Assembly (NCBI GenBank): GCA_041660305.1
Contig: JBAZWO010000001.1
Location: forward strand, 113,909-177,908
Reading direction: 5' to 3'
DNA length: 64,000 bases
From: Patescibacteria group bacterium
GTDB lineage: Bacteria > Patescibacteriota > Patescibacteriia > UBA9570
The stretch's first letter is position 1, and every line of letters starts with the position of its first letter. Positions 16,471 to 26,143 of this stretch are shown here, one piece after another. The position numbers and the translations under genes were made by a program. Under the pieces are notes generated by a model. It did no database searches. It saw only the letters and a program-made list of their open reading frames with translations, and was not told the DNA's origin.

Positions 16471-17235
16471 CTATTTTTTACGAAAAGTCAAGTAAAAACC
16501 ACAAAGTACCGAAACAACCCCAATATACTGCGCCGCCGTTAAACCAAACCAGCGGCTATCTAGTATGCGATCAAAATCCAACATTACCCTGACTAATCCA
16601 TCCCAGATTAAAAACAGACCTACGAAAAACGGCGGTTTTGTTTTTGTAGAGACGCATTGCAATGCGTCTCTACAAAAATGTTTAATCAACGTGAACACCC
16701 CAAACAACCCGGCGCCGCTAATGGCCAAATATAATCCATGGTTATGCCGCACTAGCCCATCGCCGTAATACACTTCCCCTAGAAAAAAATTAGTAACACT
16801 GCCAGGATGATCGAATATAAAAAAGCAGCCTAAGCGGCCAATAGCTAAGCCAAGCGGCAATACAAACGCGGCCAAATCGGCATATGGCCAGAATGGTAAC
16901 TTTTTTTTACGTAAATAAATAACCGCGGTAATAATAGCCCCAAGAAATCCCCCACTAATAGACATGCCCCCATCCCAAATTTTAAATATTTCTACAAAGT
17001 TACTAGTAAAATATTGCCATTCAGTAATAACATAAAACAATCTAGAGCCGATAAACGCGGCTAACACTACCCAAAACGTTAAATCGATCATGGTTTCTCC
17101 GGATATTTTCCATTGCGCCGCTGAACGCTTGGCTACTAACGCGGCCGCTAAAATACCCAGTGCCACAAACAAGCCCCATACTTGAATATTGATGAGGCTA
17201 AGTGGAATTGTAGACCAGTGGAGATTGGGTAACAT
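16471..17235 (-). CDS. lgt: Prolipoprotein diacylglyceryl transferase
   Basis: IGSRLFYV, IWDGGMS..GG and GLAIGRLGCF motifs; start moved to ATG 17235 since the upstream ATG lies in a repeat. Confidence 0.9.
   Translation of the reverse strand: MLPNLHWSTIPLSLINIQVWGLFVALGILAAALVAKRSAAQWKISGETMIDLTFWVVLAAFIGSRLFYVITEWQYFTSNFVEIFKIWDGGMSISGGFLGAIITAVIYLRKKKLPFWPYADLAAFVLPLGLAIGRLGCFFIFDHPGSVTNFFLGEVYYGDGLVRHNHGLYLAISGAGLFGVFTLIKHFCRDALQCVSTKTKPPFFVGLFLIWDGLVRVMLDFDRILDSRWFGLTAAQYIGVVSVLCGFYLTFRKK
16646..16673. repeat. GTAG-type REP palindrome inside lgt
   Basis: Perfect palindrome GTAGAGACGCATTGCAATGCGTCTCTAC flanked by T5/A5; translated as CRDALQCVST. Confidence 0.9.
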
Positions 17236-17241
17236 AGGGAT

Positions 17242-17351
17242 AGACCTCATCCCCCTAACCCCCTTCTCCTGCAGGAGAAGGGGGAAAAATTAATTTAACC
17301 TCCCCCTCTTCCCTTTACAGGGGAAGAGGGGGCCGGGGGGTGATGAGGTCT
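17242..17351. repeat. Double-hairpin element, AGACCTCA-ended subfamily
   Basis: AGACCTCATCCCCC...AGGAGAAGGGGG, AT spacer, CCCCCTCTTCCC...GGGGTGATGAGGTCT. Confidence 0.9.
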
Positions 17352-18124
17352 TACGGATTAAGGTAAGTTTTTAATTCACTTTCCAAGTACTCATGATTCA
17401 CATAACCATTCACGGATTCCAGTTTGCCATCGTTATGCCAAATAATCAAAGCTGGCTGGCTGTGTAAATCTAGGCTAACGGCTTCAGTAGCATCTTTGCT
17501 AATTTGCTGTTCTGTGGCCGGTAACGCTAAACACTGTTGAAATTGTTCAATATTTAACTCTAACGATTTCGCCACTGTTAATTCCGTTTCCGTAGACAAA
17601 TTAATTTGAAACTCATATAACTGCTCCAGATATTCACGTAGCTTATTTTGTTTAGCCGCACATTCTGCCGCCATAGCCGCTAATTTTGCCTGCGGATGAA
17701 TTTGCTCTAACGGATAGTGTTTGATAATTAAGCGCACATTATTAGGATGATCATTAACAAACTGGTTCACTTCCGGAAAAAACTTTTTACAAAACCGGCA
17801 CTCTACATCTACATATTCTACGAGAGTGACTGTGTAATTTTCTTTGGCACCAAAAATATGTTGTTCGTCTGGCACTATTACACTAGCCTGACTAGCTGTA
17901 ACCGGAGCGGTAGCGTCTTTTAATAAACTCGGGGTAAAATCTAGCGGCATAGTAGTATAGGTACCAATATTACCACCGGATAACGCGTACATAAAAAACC
18001 CGGCGCCAATTAACGTCATAATCAAAATTCCCACAACCGTACCAATAATAAACGTGAGCCTGGCATTGGAATGCGCCGTAAATAAATGTGGATCGGGTAC
18101 TGACGCTGGCGTTGGCGTATTCAT
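17351..18124 (-). CDS. Membrane-anchored DsbA/thioredoxin-fold protein
   Basis: EYVDVECRFC (CxxC), KHYPL and AAECA motifs; N-terminal TM. Confidence 0.85.
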   Translation of the reverse strand: MNTPTPASVPDPHLFTAHSNARLTFIIGTVVGILIMTLIGAGFFMYALSGGNIGTYTTMPLDFTPSLLKDATAPVTASQASVIVPDEQHIFGAKENYTVTLVEYVDVECRFCKKFFPEVNQFVNDHPNNVRLIIKHYPLEQIHPQAKLAAMAAECAAKQNKLREYLEQLYEFQINLSTETELTVAKSLELNIEQFQQCLALPATEQQISKDATEAVSLDLHSQPALIIWHNDGKLESVNGYVNHEYLESELKTYLNP

Positions 18125-18162
18125 TAAGTTAATATATATGAAATTACGTAATAATTCAAATT

Positions 18163-18310
18163 CCTACCTCACCTCCAACCTCCTCTCCTCTAAGGAGAGG
18201 AGGAGAAATTTATTAAATTTTATTTTATTCCCCCTCTCTCCTTAGAGGAGAGAGGGGGTAGGGGAAGTGAGGTAGGCTGTTTAGGGGAAGGGGGTTAGGG
18301 TGATGAGGTC
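18163..18310. repeat. Double-hairpin element (CCTACC subfamily) plus outer right arm
   Basis: CCTACCTCACCTCC...AGGAGAGGAGGAG, 24-nt AT spacer, CCCCCTCTCTCC...GAGGTAGG, then CTGTTTAG...GATGAGGTC. Confidence 0.9.
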
Positions 18311-19531
18311 TTATTTACACAGTTTCGGCCAATCCTGTTGATATTGGGCTAAAGCTTTACCTAAAATAACTACCGCTTCTTTAATAATGGCGCTATCAAT
18401 TACATAGCTTAACCGAATTTGATCTTTGCCTTTACCTGGCGTGCAATAAAAGCCATCAGCTGGCGATACACAAATAGTGGTGTTGTTGTAGCGGAAATCG
18501 GTTAATAACCATTTAGCAAAATGGCTGGAATCTTTAATGGGTAAACCAATAATAATGTAAAACGCGCCTTCTGGCTTACGTACAATTGCGCCAGGAATTT
18601 TTAACAACTCTTTATAAATTACATCGCGGCGTTGTTTGAACAACTTAATAGAAGGCTGATAATACTTTTTAGCATTTTCTAATAATTTCACTACCGCTAC
18701 TTGCTCAATAGTGGGTACCGATTCACGGGCTTGCGCTAGTTTTAATAGCTCCGTCATGAACTCTTGGTTATGGCTGGCAATCGCCCCAACGCGCGCACCA
18801 CATAAGTTAAAGCGCTTGGAAGTAGTGTCCGTAATAATTACTCGATCACGCACCGATTTGATTTTGCCCATGGATATAGCGGCTCGTTCGAAACCATATT
18901 CACGATACACTTCATCAGCGATAATCCATAAATTATTTTTCTTAGCAAATTGGGCTACGGTTTTTACTTCTTGTTCTGTAAACACCACACCGGTAGGATT
19001 AGATGGATTGCAGAACAAAATAGCTTTGGTTTTTTTAGTTACTTGCTTCTGCATCTCTTTAACCGGCGGTAAATGAAAGCCGTTTTTAATATCCAAGCTA
19101 ATCGGCACTAATTTGGCACCTAAAATATCTAACTGGTTAGCGTAATACGGATAATACGGTTCTAATATTAAAATTTCATCACCCGGATCCAGTAAAGCCG
19201 CTTGCGCTAAAAATAACGCCTCTACGCCGCCAAGCGTAACAATAATTTCCGGGGCGGTAAAATCCAAACCAATGCTCTTAAAATACACTGCCCAAGCTTT
19301 TTGCGTTTCCGCTCGGCCTTGCGATGGAGCATAGGCTACTACTTTCTCATTATATTTTCTTACTTCAGTAAAAAAATCAGGTGGCGTTGGAAAATCGGGT
19401 TGACCAATATTAAAATGATGCACTTTCACCCCTTTGGCTTTTTGTTCGTTGGCTAAATTCACTAACTTACGAATCGGCGAAGCTTTGGTTTTAAGCACGC
19501 GGTTAGAGAGTTGGAGTTTTTTTTGAGACAT
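18311..19531 (-). CDS. Class I/II PLP-dependent aminotransferase (aspartate aminotransferase-like)
   Basis: NIGQPDF, CNPSNPTG, ADEVY and TSKRF..CGARVG motifs. Confidence 0.92.
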   Translation of the reverse strand: MSQKKLQLSNRVLKTKASPIRKLVNLANEQKAKGVKVHHFNIGQPDFPTPPDFFTEVRKYNEKVVAYAPSQGRAETQKAWAVYFKSIGLDFTAPEIIVTLGGVEALFLAQAALLDPGDEILILEPYYPYYANQLDILGAKLVPISLDIKNGFHLPPVKEMQKQVTKKTKAILFCNPSNPTGVVFTEQEVKTVAQFAKKNNLWIIADEVYREYGFERAAISMGKIKSVRDRVIITDTTSKRFNLCGARVGAIASHNQEFMTELLKLAQARESVPTIEQVAVVKLLENAKKYYQPSIKLFKQRRDVIYKELLKIPGAIVRKPEGAFYIIIGLPIKDSSHFAKWLLTDFRYNNTTICVSPADGFYCTPGKGKDQIRLSYVIDSAIIKEAVVILGKALAQYQQDWPKLCK

Positions 19532-19567
19532 AATTTATGTTACTTGATTAATTATTTAAAATTAGAA

Positions 19568-19739
19568 GCCCCCTAAATCACCTTTCCCCAACCTACCTCA
19601 CCTCCCAGCCTCCTCTCCTCTCAGGAGAGGAGGAGAAATTTCTTAAATTGCATTTTATTCCCCCTCTCTCCTCAGAGGAGAGAGGGGGTAGGGGGAGTGA
19701 GGTAGGATGTTTAGAGGGGGTCGGGGGGTGATGAGGTCT
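19568..19739. repeat. Nested double-hairpin element
   Basis: Core near-identical to the copies at 18163, 21085 and 24011, followed by ATGTTTAG...GATGAGGTCT. Confidence 0.9.
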
Positions 19740-19764
19740 TTCCCTTTTTATATCAAAAAAACCC

Positions 19765-21060
19765 TTATTTGACCAGGATCATAATCACATCACCAACATT
19801 CGTGCCGGTGGGGCCGGTAATAATATGACAACCTAATTTCTTTAAAACCGCATAAGAATCGTTATTGGTTAAATAATATTGTAGATTAATTTTTTTCGCT
19901 TTACTGCGTAACAATGTTTTATAATCAGCCAGTGCGCCGGCCACTGGTTTGGGAGTAAAACCGTCTACCCCATCGGTAGCCAGCGACATAATAGCAACAT
20001 TTTTAGTTAAGTGAGGCAGTGCCGCCAACACTAGTTCTTGATTGCGGCCGCCGCTTCCTTCTCCAGTAACCGTAACGGTTGTTTCGCCGCCGCTTAATAA
20101 TAATGCCGGTCGACGTACTGGTCGATTATATTTTTTTATTTCTTGCACAATAGCCATTAATACTTGGGTAACTTGGCGAGTTTCACCTTGCAACGTAGAC
20201 GTTAAAATATAAGGATGTAATTTTAATTGTTTAGCAACATTAGCCGCCGCTACTAATGCCTGTTGGTTACTGCCGATTATAATATTATGTACATTATTTA
20301 ATAACTGTTTAGGAGTTTCATGCTGATGTAATAAACGCTGCCAATGAACCGTGCATAGATTATAATGTTTTAACACAGCAATAGCTTCATCAGACGTAGA
20401 CATGTCCACTGCCGTTGGACTTGAGGCAATAACATCTAATTGATCGCCAATAACATCAGAAATTATCAAACTAATAACAGTAGCTGGTTTAGCGGCTAAT
20501 GCTAATTGGCCACCTTTGATGGCTGACAAATGCTTGCGTACCACATTTAATTCAGTGATATTCGCGCCAGCTAACATAAGTTGCTGGGTAAGAATAATTT
20601 TGTCATTTAACGATACTTTCGCAATTGGTAATGGCAATAAACTGGAACAACCGCCACTAATTAAACAAATCACCAGATCATCTTTAGTGGCTTGCTTAAC
20701 TAATTGCATAACCAAACGTGCCCCGCGTTCTCCGGCCGCATTAGGCAAAGGATGCGACGCTTTATTAACAATAATATTACCAATGGTTTTGGTATGAGCC
20801 AACGGCACATTAATATAGCCAGCGGTAATACGCTTGCCTAATAAGTGATTAATTTGCTTGGCCATGCCATAAGTGGCCTTGCCGGCACCGACTACGTAAA
20901 TATTTTTAAACTGCCGTAAATTATAACGCTGTTTGTTAATCACTAAAACACCACCTCGTAATTGTACGGCTTTAGCTAATAATTTTTCCGGCTGTAAAGC
21001 TTGTAAAACTGTTTTGGCGAGAATTTGTAAGATTTTTTTTGATTCCATAATTTTACGCAT
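19765..21060 (-). CDS. Glycerate 2-kinase (GckA/TtuD, MOFRL family)
   Basis: VGAGKA, LISGGCSSL, RKHLSAIKGG, SDVIGD, GGETTV, GGRNQE, TDGVDG and TGTNVGD motifs. Confidence 0.92.
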   Translation of the reverse strand: MRKIMESKKILQILAKTVLQALQPEKLLAKAVQLRGGVLVINKQRYNLRQFKNIYVVGAGKATYGMAKQINHLLGKRITAGYINVPLAHTKTIGNIIVNKASHPLPNAAGERGARLVMQLVKQATKDDLVICLISGGCSSLLPLPIAKVSLNDKIILTQQLMLAGANITELNVVRKHLSAIKGGQLALAAKPATVISLIISDVIGDQLDVIASSPTAVDMSTSDEAIAVLKHYNLCTVHWQRLLHQHETPKQLLNNVHNIIIGSNQQALVAAANVAKQLKLHPYILTSTLQGETRQVTQVLMAIVQEIKKYNRPVRRPALLLSGGETTVTVTGEGSGGRNQELVLAALPHLTKNVAIMSLATDGVDGFTPKPVAGALADYKTLLRSKAKKINLQYYLTNNDSYAVLKKLGCHIITGPTGTNVGDVIMILVK

Positions 21061-21223
21061 AGACCTCTATCCCCAACCCTTTCCCAACCTACCTCACCTC
21101 CCGGCCTCCTCTCCTCTAAGGAGAGGAGGAGAAATTTATTAAATTTTATTTTATTCCCCCTCTCTCCTCTGAGGAGAGAGGGGGTAGGGGGAGTGAGGTA
21201 GGCTGTTTAGGGGGCTGGGGGGC
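21061..21223. repeat. Nested double-hairpin element filling the whole intergenic gap
   Basis: AGACCTC...CAACCTACCTCACC...GAGGTAGGCTGTTTAGGGGG, abutting the flanking start and stop codons. Confidence 0.9.
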
Positions 21224-22201
21224 TTAGATTTTATTCACCGGGCTAATTAACGGCTTGCCTTGAATAAACGCCACGATATTTTTAGCGGCTAACATGGCCA
21301 TAGCCGTGCGCGTAGTATAAGTAGCCGAACCAATGTGCGGTAACAACACGGTATTCTGCAAAGTTTTTAAACCGGCCGCCATTAACGGTTCTTTTTCATA
21401 AACATCCAAACCTGCTCCGGCAATGGTTTTATTTTTTAAAGCTGATACTAAAGCCTGCTCATCAATCACCGGTCCGCGTGAAGTATTCACCAAACAAGCG
21501 GTTGGCTTCATTATAGCTAATTCTTTTTTGCCGATTAAATGGTGAGTTTGCGGCGTTAACGGCACGTGCAGACTAACAAAATCGGCTTGCTTGAATAATT
21601 GTTTTAAGGTAACTGATTTGGCTTGTAAAGATTTATCCACCTCGGTAACCGCTCGATCATTATAATAAATAATATTCATGTTAAAACCATATTTGGCAAT
21701 TTCAGCTACCCGTTTACCGATTCTGCCCATGCCTACAATGCCTAGTGTTTTGCCGTTAATATCATAACCCATATACAGCATTGGCCCCCAACCTGGGTAC
21801 TTACCGGTACGCATAATAGCATCGGTTTCTACAATTCTTCTGGCCACTGCTAAAATTAAGGTAAAGGTTAATTCCGCTGTGGCAGTGGTAAGTACACCGG
21901 GCGTGTTGGTAACCGGCACCCGCTGAGCCGTACAAGCACCAATATCAATATTGTTAAAACCGGCACCGTAATTGGCAATTAATTTTAATTGTGGGTTCGC
22001 TTGTAAAAAGGCTTCGTCAATTTTATCAGTCAGAATTGGTAATAAAATATCGGCCTTTTTAGCACCGGCCAATAATTCTTTACGAGAAATAGCGCTGTTG
22101 GTTTTACGTAAAATAACCGTGGCATAACGTTTAATTAAATCGATGCCAGGCTGTGGAATGGGCCGCGTAATAAATACTACCGGTTTTTTTAATTGGTTCA
22201 T
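21224..22201 (-). CDS. D-glycerate dehydrogenase / glyoxylate-hydroxypyruvate reductase
   Basis: GAGFNNID, NTPGVLT, GMGRIG, NTSRGPV, GLDVYEKEP and PHIGSAT motifs. Confidence 0.9.
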   Translation of the reverse strand: MNQLKKPVVFITRPIPQPGIDLIKRYATVILRKTNSAISRKELLAGAKKADILLPILTDKIDEAFLQANPQLKLIANYGAGFNNIDIGACTAQRVPVTNTPGVLTTATAELTFTLILAVARRIVETDAIMRTGKYPGWGPMLYMGYDINGKTLGIVGMGRIGKRVAEIAKYGFNMNIIYYNDRAVTEVDKSLQAKSVTLKQLFKQADFVSLHVPLTPQTHHLIGKKELAIMKPTACLVNTSRGPVIDEQALVSALKNKTIAGAGLDVYEKEPLMAAGLKTLQNTVLLPHIGSATYTTRTAMAMLAAKNIVAFIQGKPLISPVNKI

Positions 22202-22983
22202 AAATGATTAATTAACTTAATTATTGAATGATGTAATTTGGGATTAGCTACCACAATTTGCTGATTATTGGTTGGCCAATGCCAAGGTTGATTAGTTAAT
22301 GTTGTAATTTTTCCACCCGCTTCCGTTACTAACAACGCGCCGGCCGCGATATCCCACGGATACGCTCCACCTAATATCCAAGCATCAATTCTGCCACAAG
22401 CTACGGCTGATAACACCTGTGCCGCTGAACCATAGGCTTTGTAATAAGTAGTATGCAAAGCCACTTTTTTACGTAACTCGGCAAAATACGCCTGATCGCT
22501 ACGTTGAGGAATATTGCTAATCGACACAATCATGTTATCTAGATTATGTTGCTTACTAACCTGAATGCGTTTTTTATTACAATAACTGCCCTGTTTGTAT
22601 TTGGCGTAAAAAAATTCATCGTGAATAGGGTCATAAATAGCGCCATGCAACACCTGGTTACCTTTAGCTAACGTTATAATAATACCAAATAACGGGATAT
22701 GCTTGGCAAAATTATTGGTACCATCAATGGGATCAACAATCCAAGTATAATCACTTTTTTTATCAAGTAGCCCGGCTTCTTCGCTTAAAATATTGTGTTG
22801 GGGATACTTTTGTTGAATGGCTTTTAATATAATCCGCTCACATTCGTAATCGGCTTCCGTAACAATATCGTGAATGCCGGTTTTAATTTTACCAGTAGTA
22901 ACCACGCCAAAATTACACTTAGCACTTTTGCCAGCGGCACGAATAGTAGTTTCGATAAATCGATCAATGGCTGTTATGCGCAT
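22198..22983 (-). CDS. Inositol monophosphatase / FBPase family protein
   Basis: DIVTEAD, LSEE, WIVDPIDGTNNF and WDIAAG motifs. Confidence 0.9.
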   Translation of the reverse strand: MRITAIDRFIETTIRAAGKSAKCNFGVVTTGKIKTGIHDIVTEADYECERIILKAIQQKYPQHNILSEEAGLLDKKSDYTWIVDPIDGTNNFAKHIPLFGIIITLAKGNQVLHGAIYDPIHDEFFYAKYKQGSYCNKKRIQVSKQHNLDNMIVSISNIPQRSDQAYFAELRKKVALHTTYYKAYGSAAQVLSAVACGRIDAWILGGAYPWDIAAGALLVTEAGGKITTLTNQPWHWPTNNQQIVVANPKLHHSIIKLINHL

Positions 22984-22984
22984 G

Positions 22985-23977
22985 TTAAGCTAGTTTACGT
23001 TGCTGAACTTTTTTAATGGCGGCAATAATATCAGTAGCCGTTAAATGAAACTTGGCAAATAATTCTGGAGCACTGCCAGATTCACCGTAATGATCTTGTA
23101 TACCAATAAACTCTATTGGCGCCGGATAATGTTTGGCTAGAGTTTCTGCCACGGCTCCACCTAAACCGCCAATTACCGTAGCTTCTTCAGCCGTTACTAC
23201 CGCGCCGGTTTTCTTTACGGAATTTACGATAGTTTCCACGTCTAACGGTTTAATAGTGGTAGAATCGATCACTTCCACGCTAATTTGTCCTTCTAATTGT
23301 TTGGCCGCTAACAAAGCTTCATAAACCATTGGCCCACACGCTACTACCGTTACATCACTGCCTTCATAAAACACTTCCGCTTTGCCAATTTGGAACGGCG
23401 TTTCTTCGGTGGTAAAAACCGGATAATTATCTCTACCAAACCGAATATACGCTAAGCTTGGCACGTTGTGCGCCGCCATAGTGGCTTGCTTGGCTCGAAT
23501 TGCATCACACGGCGCTAATACTACTCCACCGGCAATCGTGCGCATAGTGGCAATATCTTCTACGGCTTGATGAGTGGCACCATCAGGCCCCACTGATACA
23601 CCGGCATGAGCGCCACCAACAATACCGTGCAGAGCACTGTAGCCAAAATTGGTACGAATTTGTTCCCAACAGCGGCCTGGCGAAAACGCCGCATACGAAA
23701 CCATATAAGGTATTTTTCCAGCGGCGGCTAAACCAGCCCCGACCGTAATTAAATTTTGTTCCGCTACGCCAACTTGAATGTAACGCTTAGGAAATTCTTT
23801 TTGAAACCAATGACATCGCGTAGATTCGCTTAAATCGGCACACAATACTACCACGCGTTCATCTTTTTTTCCTAATTCTACCAACGCTTTGCCCCAACCA
23901 TCACGGGTGCCGGCCATGGTTAAATTTTTGGTATCAAATAAATTGTTAACTAATTTTGCAGATTGTGATAATGGCAT
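22985..23977 (-). CDS. tkt: Transketolase, C-terminal subunit
   Basis: ADLSEST, GVAEQN, GPDGATHQ and TIKPLD motifs. Confidence 0.92.
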   Translation of the reverse strand: MPLSQSAKLVNNLFDTKNLTMAGTRDGWGKALVELGKKDERVVVLCADLSESTRCHWFQKEFPKRYIQVGVAEQNLITVGAGLAAAGKIPYMVSYAAFSPGRCWEQIRTNFGYSALHGIVGGAHAGVSVGPDGATHQAVEDIATMRTIAGGVVLAPCDAIRAKQATMAAHNVPSLAYIRFGRDNYPVFTTEETPFQIGKAEVFYEGSDVTVVACGPMVYEALLAAKQLEGQISVEVIDSTTIKPLDVETIVNSVKKTGAVVTAEEATVIGGLGGAVAETLAKHYPAPIEFIGIQDHYGESGSAPELFAKFHLTATDIIAAIKKVQQRKLA

Positions 23978-23999
23978 TGCAATATATATTAATGTTTAA

Positions 24000-24157
24000 G
24001 CCCCCTTTCCCAACCTACCTCACCTCCCGGCCTCCTCTCCTCTAAGGAGAGGAGGAGAAATTTATTAAATTGCATTTTATTCCCCCTCTCTCCTCAGAGG
24101 AGAGAGGGGGTAGGGGGAGTGAGGTAGGATGTTTAGTGAGTCGGGGGTGATGAGGTC
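24000..24157. repeat. Nested double-hairpin element between the transketolase halves
   Basis: CAACCTACCTCACC...GAGGTAGGATGTTTAG...GATGAGGTC. Confidence 0.9.
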
Positions 24158-24160
24158 GAT

Positions 24161-25009
24161 CTATTCTCGTTCAATTTGTTTTTTTAATGTTTCTATTTCC
24201 TCAACCGCCTTGGCTAATTGCTCCTGCGTAGGCGGCTTGCCATGCCAAGTATAATCATCAGCCATAAAACTAACGCCATAGCCTGGAATAACATTGGCAA
24301 TAATTAGTGTTGGCCGATTATGAATGTGTTTGGCTTCCGTCATGGCCCAGACAATTTGTTCCATATTATGGCCATCTATTTCCATTACATTCCAATTAAA
24401 CGAACGATATTTATCACCTAACGGATCCAGCGGCATTACATCTTCCGTAGAGCCTTCAATTTGAATATAATTGCGATCAATAATTACGGTTAAATTATCT
24501 AGCTTTTTGGCGGCCGCAAACATTACCCCTTCCCAAATATTACCTTCTTGTTGTTCACCATCACTACCTACACACCACACGTGTTGCTTGGTGCCGTCCA
24601 TTTTAAACGCATAGGCCATACCGGCCGCTTGCGATAATCCAGAACCTAGTGGACCACTGGTGGTTTCTAAGCCAGGCAGTTCAGTGCGATGTGGATGACC
24701 TTGTAAACGAGTACCTAATTTACGCAAAGTAAGTAGTTCTTCCCGTGGAAAAAAACCCGCTTGCGCCATAGCCGCATATAATACCGGGCAAACGTGGCCA
24801 TGTGATAACACAATCCGATCCCGTTCCGGCCAGTCTGGCCGCTGTGGATCGATATTAGCTACATTTAAATATAAAGCCGCAAACACATCGGCAATCCCTA
24901 ATGGGCCAGCCGAATGGCCAGATTTAGCCGCCGTTAACGCCTGCAACACATCGATACGAATATCCATGGCCTGTAGACGCAATTGTTTGATACTGGTTGT
25001 TTTCGTCAT
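24161..25009 (-). CDS. tkt: Transketolase, N-terminal (TPP-binding) subunit
   Basis: SGHSAG, RDRIVLSHGH, LQGHP, GPLGSGL and SDGEQQEG motifs. Confidence 0.92.
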   Translation of the reverse strand: MTKTTSIKQLRLQAMDIRIDVLQALTAAKSGHSAGPLGIADVFAALYLNVANIDPQRPDWPERDRIVLSHGHVCPVLYAAMAQAGFFPREELLTLRKLGTRLQGHPHRTELPGLETTSGPLGSGLSQAAGMAYAFKMDGTKQHVWCVGSDGEQQEGNIWEGVMFAAAKKLDNLTVIIDRNYIQIEGSTEDVMPLDPLGDKYRSFNWNVMEIDGHNMEQIVWAMTEAKHIHNRPTLIIANVIPGYGVSFMADDYTWHGKPPTQEQLAKAVEEIETLKKQIERE

Positions 25010-25653
25010 GAGGAAATTGTTCTTAAATTATTAATACTGTCTTCAATGTTAGAAGATTTAAAAATGAAACTATTGGCGCACAATACATCCGCTCCCGCTT
25101 TAATAATACTATCTTTCGTGGCGCTATTTACTCCACCATCCACCATAATTAATAAATCAGAACGTAATGAGCGCAGATAACTAATTTTTTGTAACACATC
25201 CGCATTAAACGCCTGGGTAGAATAACCCGGCTCCACTCCCATTACTAATACCGCGTCTAAATCGTTAATAACATCAGCTAGCGTATATGTAGCTGTGTGC
25301 GGATTAATCGCTATACCAGCTTTTTTGCCTAACTGCTTAATAAGCCGAATTTCTTCTACCAAATTACTACTCGCTTCCGCGTGAATAATCATTAACTCCA
25401 CGGCTGGTAGAGCCCATTTTTTTAAATACAAAACAGGGTTTTTTATCATTAAATGTAATGATATTTTTACAGCACCCCAATTAATGGTTGCTAACAAATC
25501 TGGATCGTTCACTGTTGTATTAGAGACAAATTCACCATCCATAATATCTAAATGCACCATAGAGCAAAATGGTTTTACTAAAGCTAGCTTGCGCTGGATT
25601 TCACTGGCTTCTTGCTCCAAAATAGCCGGATAAACTTGAATAGTGTTAGACAT
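25006..25653 (-). CDS. rpe: Ribulose-phosphate 3-epimerase
   Basis: HLDIMDG.FV.N, HLMI, VMGVEPG and VDGGVN motifs. Confidence 0.92.
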   Translation of the reverse strand: MSNTIQVYPAILEQEASEIQRKLALVKPFCSMVHLDIMDGEFVSNTTVNDPDLLATINWGAVKISLHLMIKNPVLYLKKWALPAVELMIIHAEASSNLVEEIRLIKQLGKKAGIAINPHTATYTLADVINDLDAVLVMGVEPGYSTQAFNADVLQKISYLRSLRSDLLIMVDGGVNSATKDSIIKAGADVLCANSFIFKSSNIEDSINNLRTISS

Positions 25654-25656
25654 AAT

Positions 25657-26103
25657 TTAAACTTGCTCTTTTAATGAAATTTTATCTAATCGACGCTGAT
25701 GCCGAACCTCACCAGAAAATGCTGTAGTTAACCATTGTTGAATCATGGTTTTGGCGGTAGCTTCATCTAACCAATCGCCCGATAAGCCTAATACATTAGC
25801 ATTATTATGTAAGCGTGAATGAACGGCGGCTTCTACATTAGCCGGTGCCACGGCGCGCACTCCTGTTATTTTATTCGCCGCAATAATTACGCCCGCGGCG
25901 GATCGACACGCTAAAATACCCTTGTGTTCAGTAGGATTATTAGCCACTGCTTCGGCTACCGCAAACGCAAAATCCGGATAATCATCCTCTGGATTAAGCT
26001 GAAATGCCCCCTTGTCTGCATAGGCTATGCCGGCATCCTTTAGCCATTGTTTAATTTTCTCTTTTAAGTGAAAACCACCGTGATCGGCTCCTAAATACAC
26101 CAT
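25657..26103 (-). CDS. rpiB: Ribose-5-phosphate isomerase B
   Basis: GADHGG, DYPD, ANKITGVRA, SRLHNNANVL and RHQRR motifs. Confidence 0.92.
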   Translation of the reverse strand: MVYLGADHGGFHLKEKIKQWLKDAGIAYADKGAFQLNPEDDYPDFAFAVAEAVANNPTEHKGILACRSAAGVIIAANKITGVRAVAPANVEAAVHSRLHNNANVLGLSGDWLDEATAKTMIQQWLTTAFSGEVRHQRRLDKISLKEQV

Positions 26104-26143
26104 AGTTAAATTATTATAGCACGTTTTAAAGCATGAGCAATAC

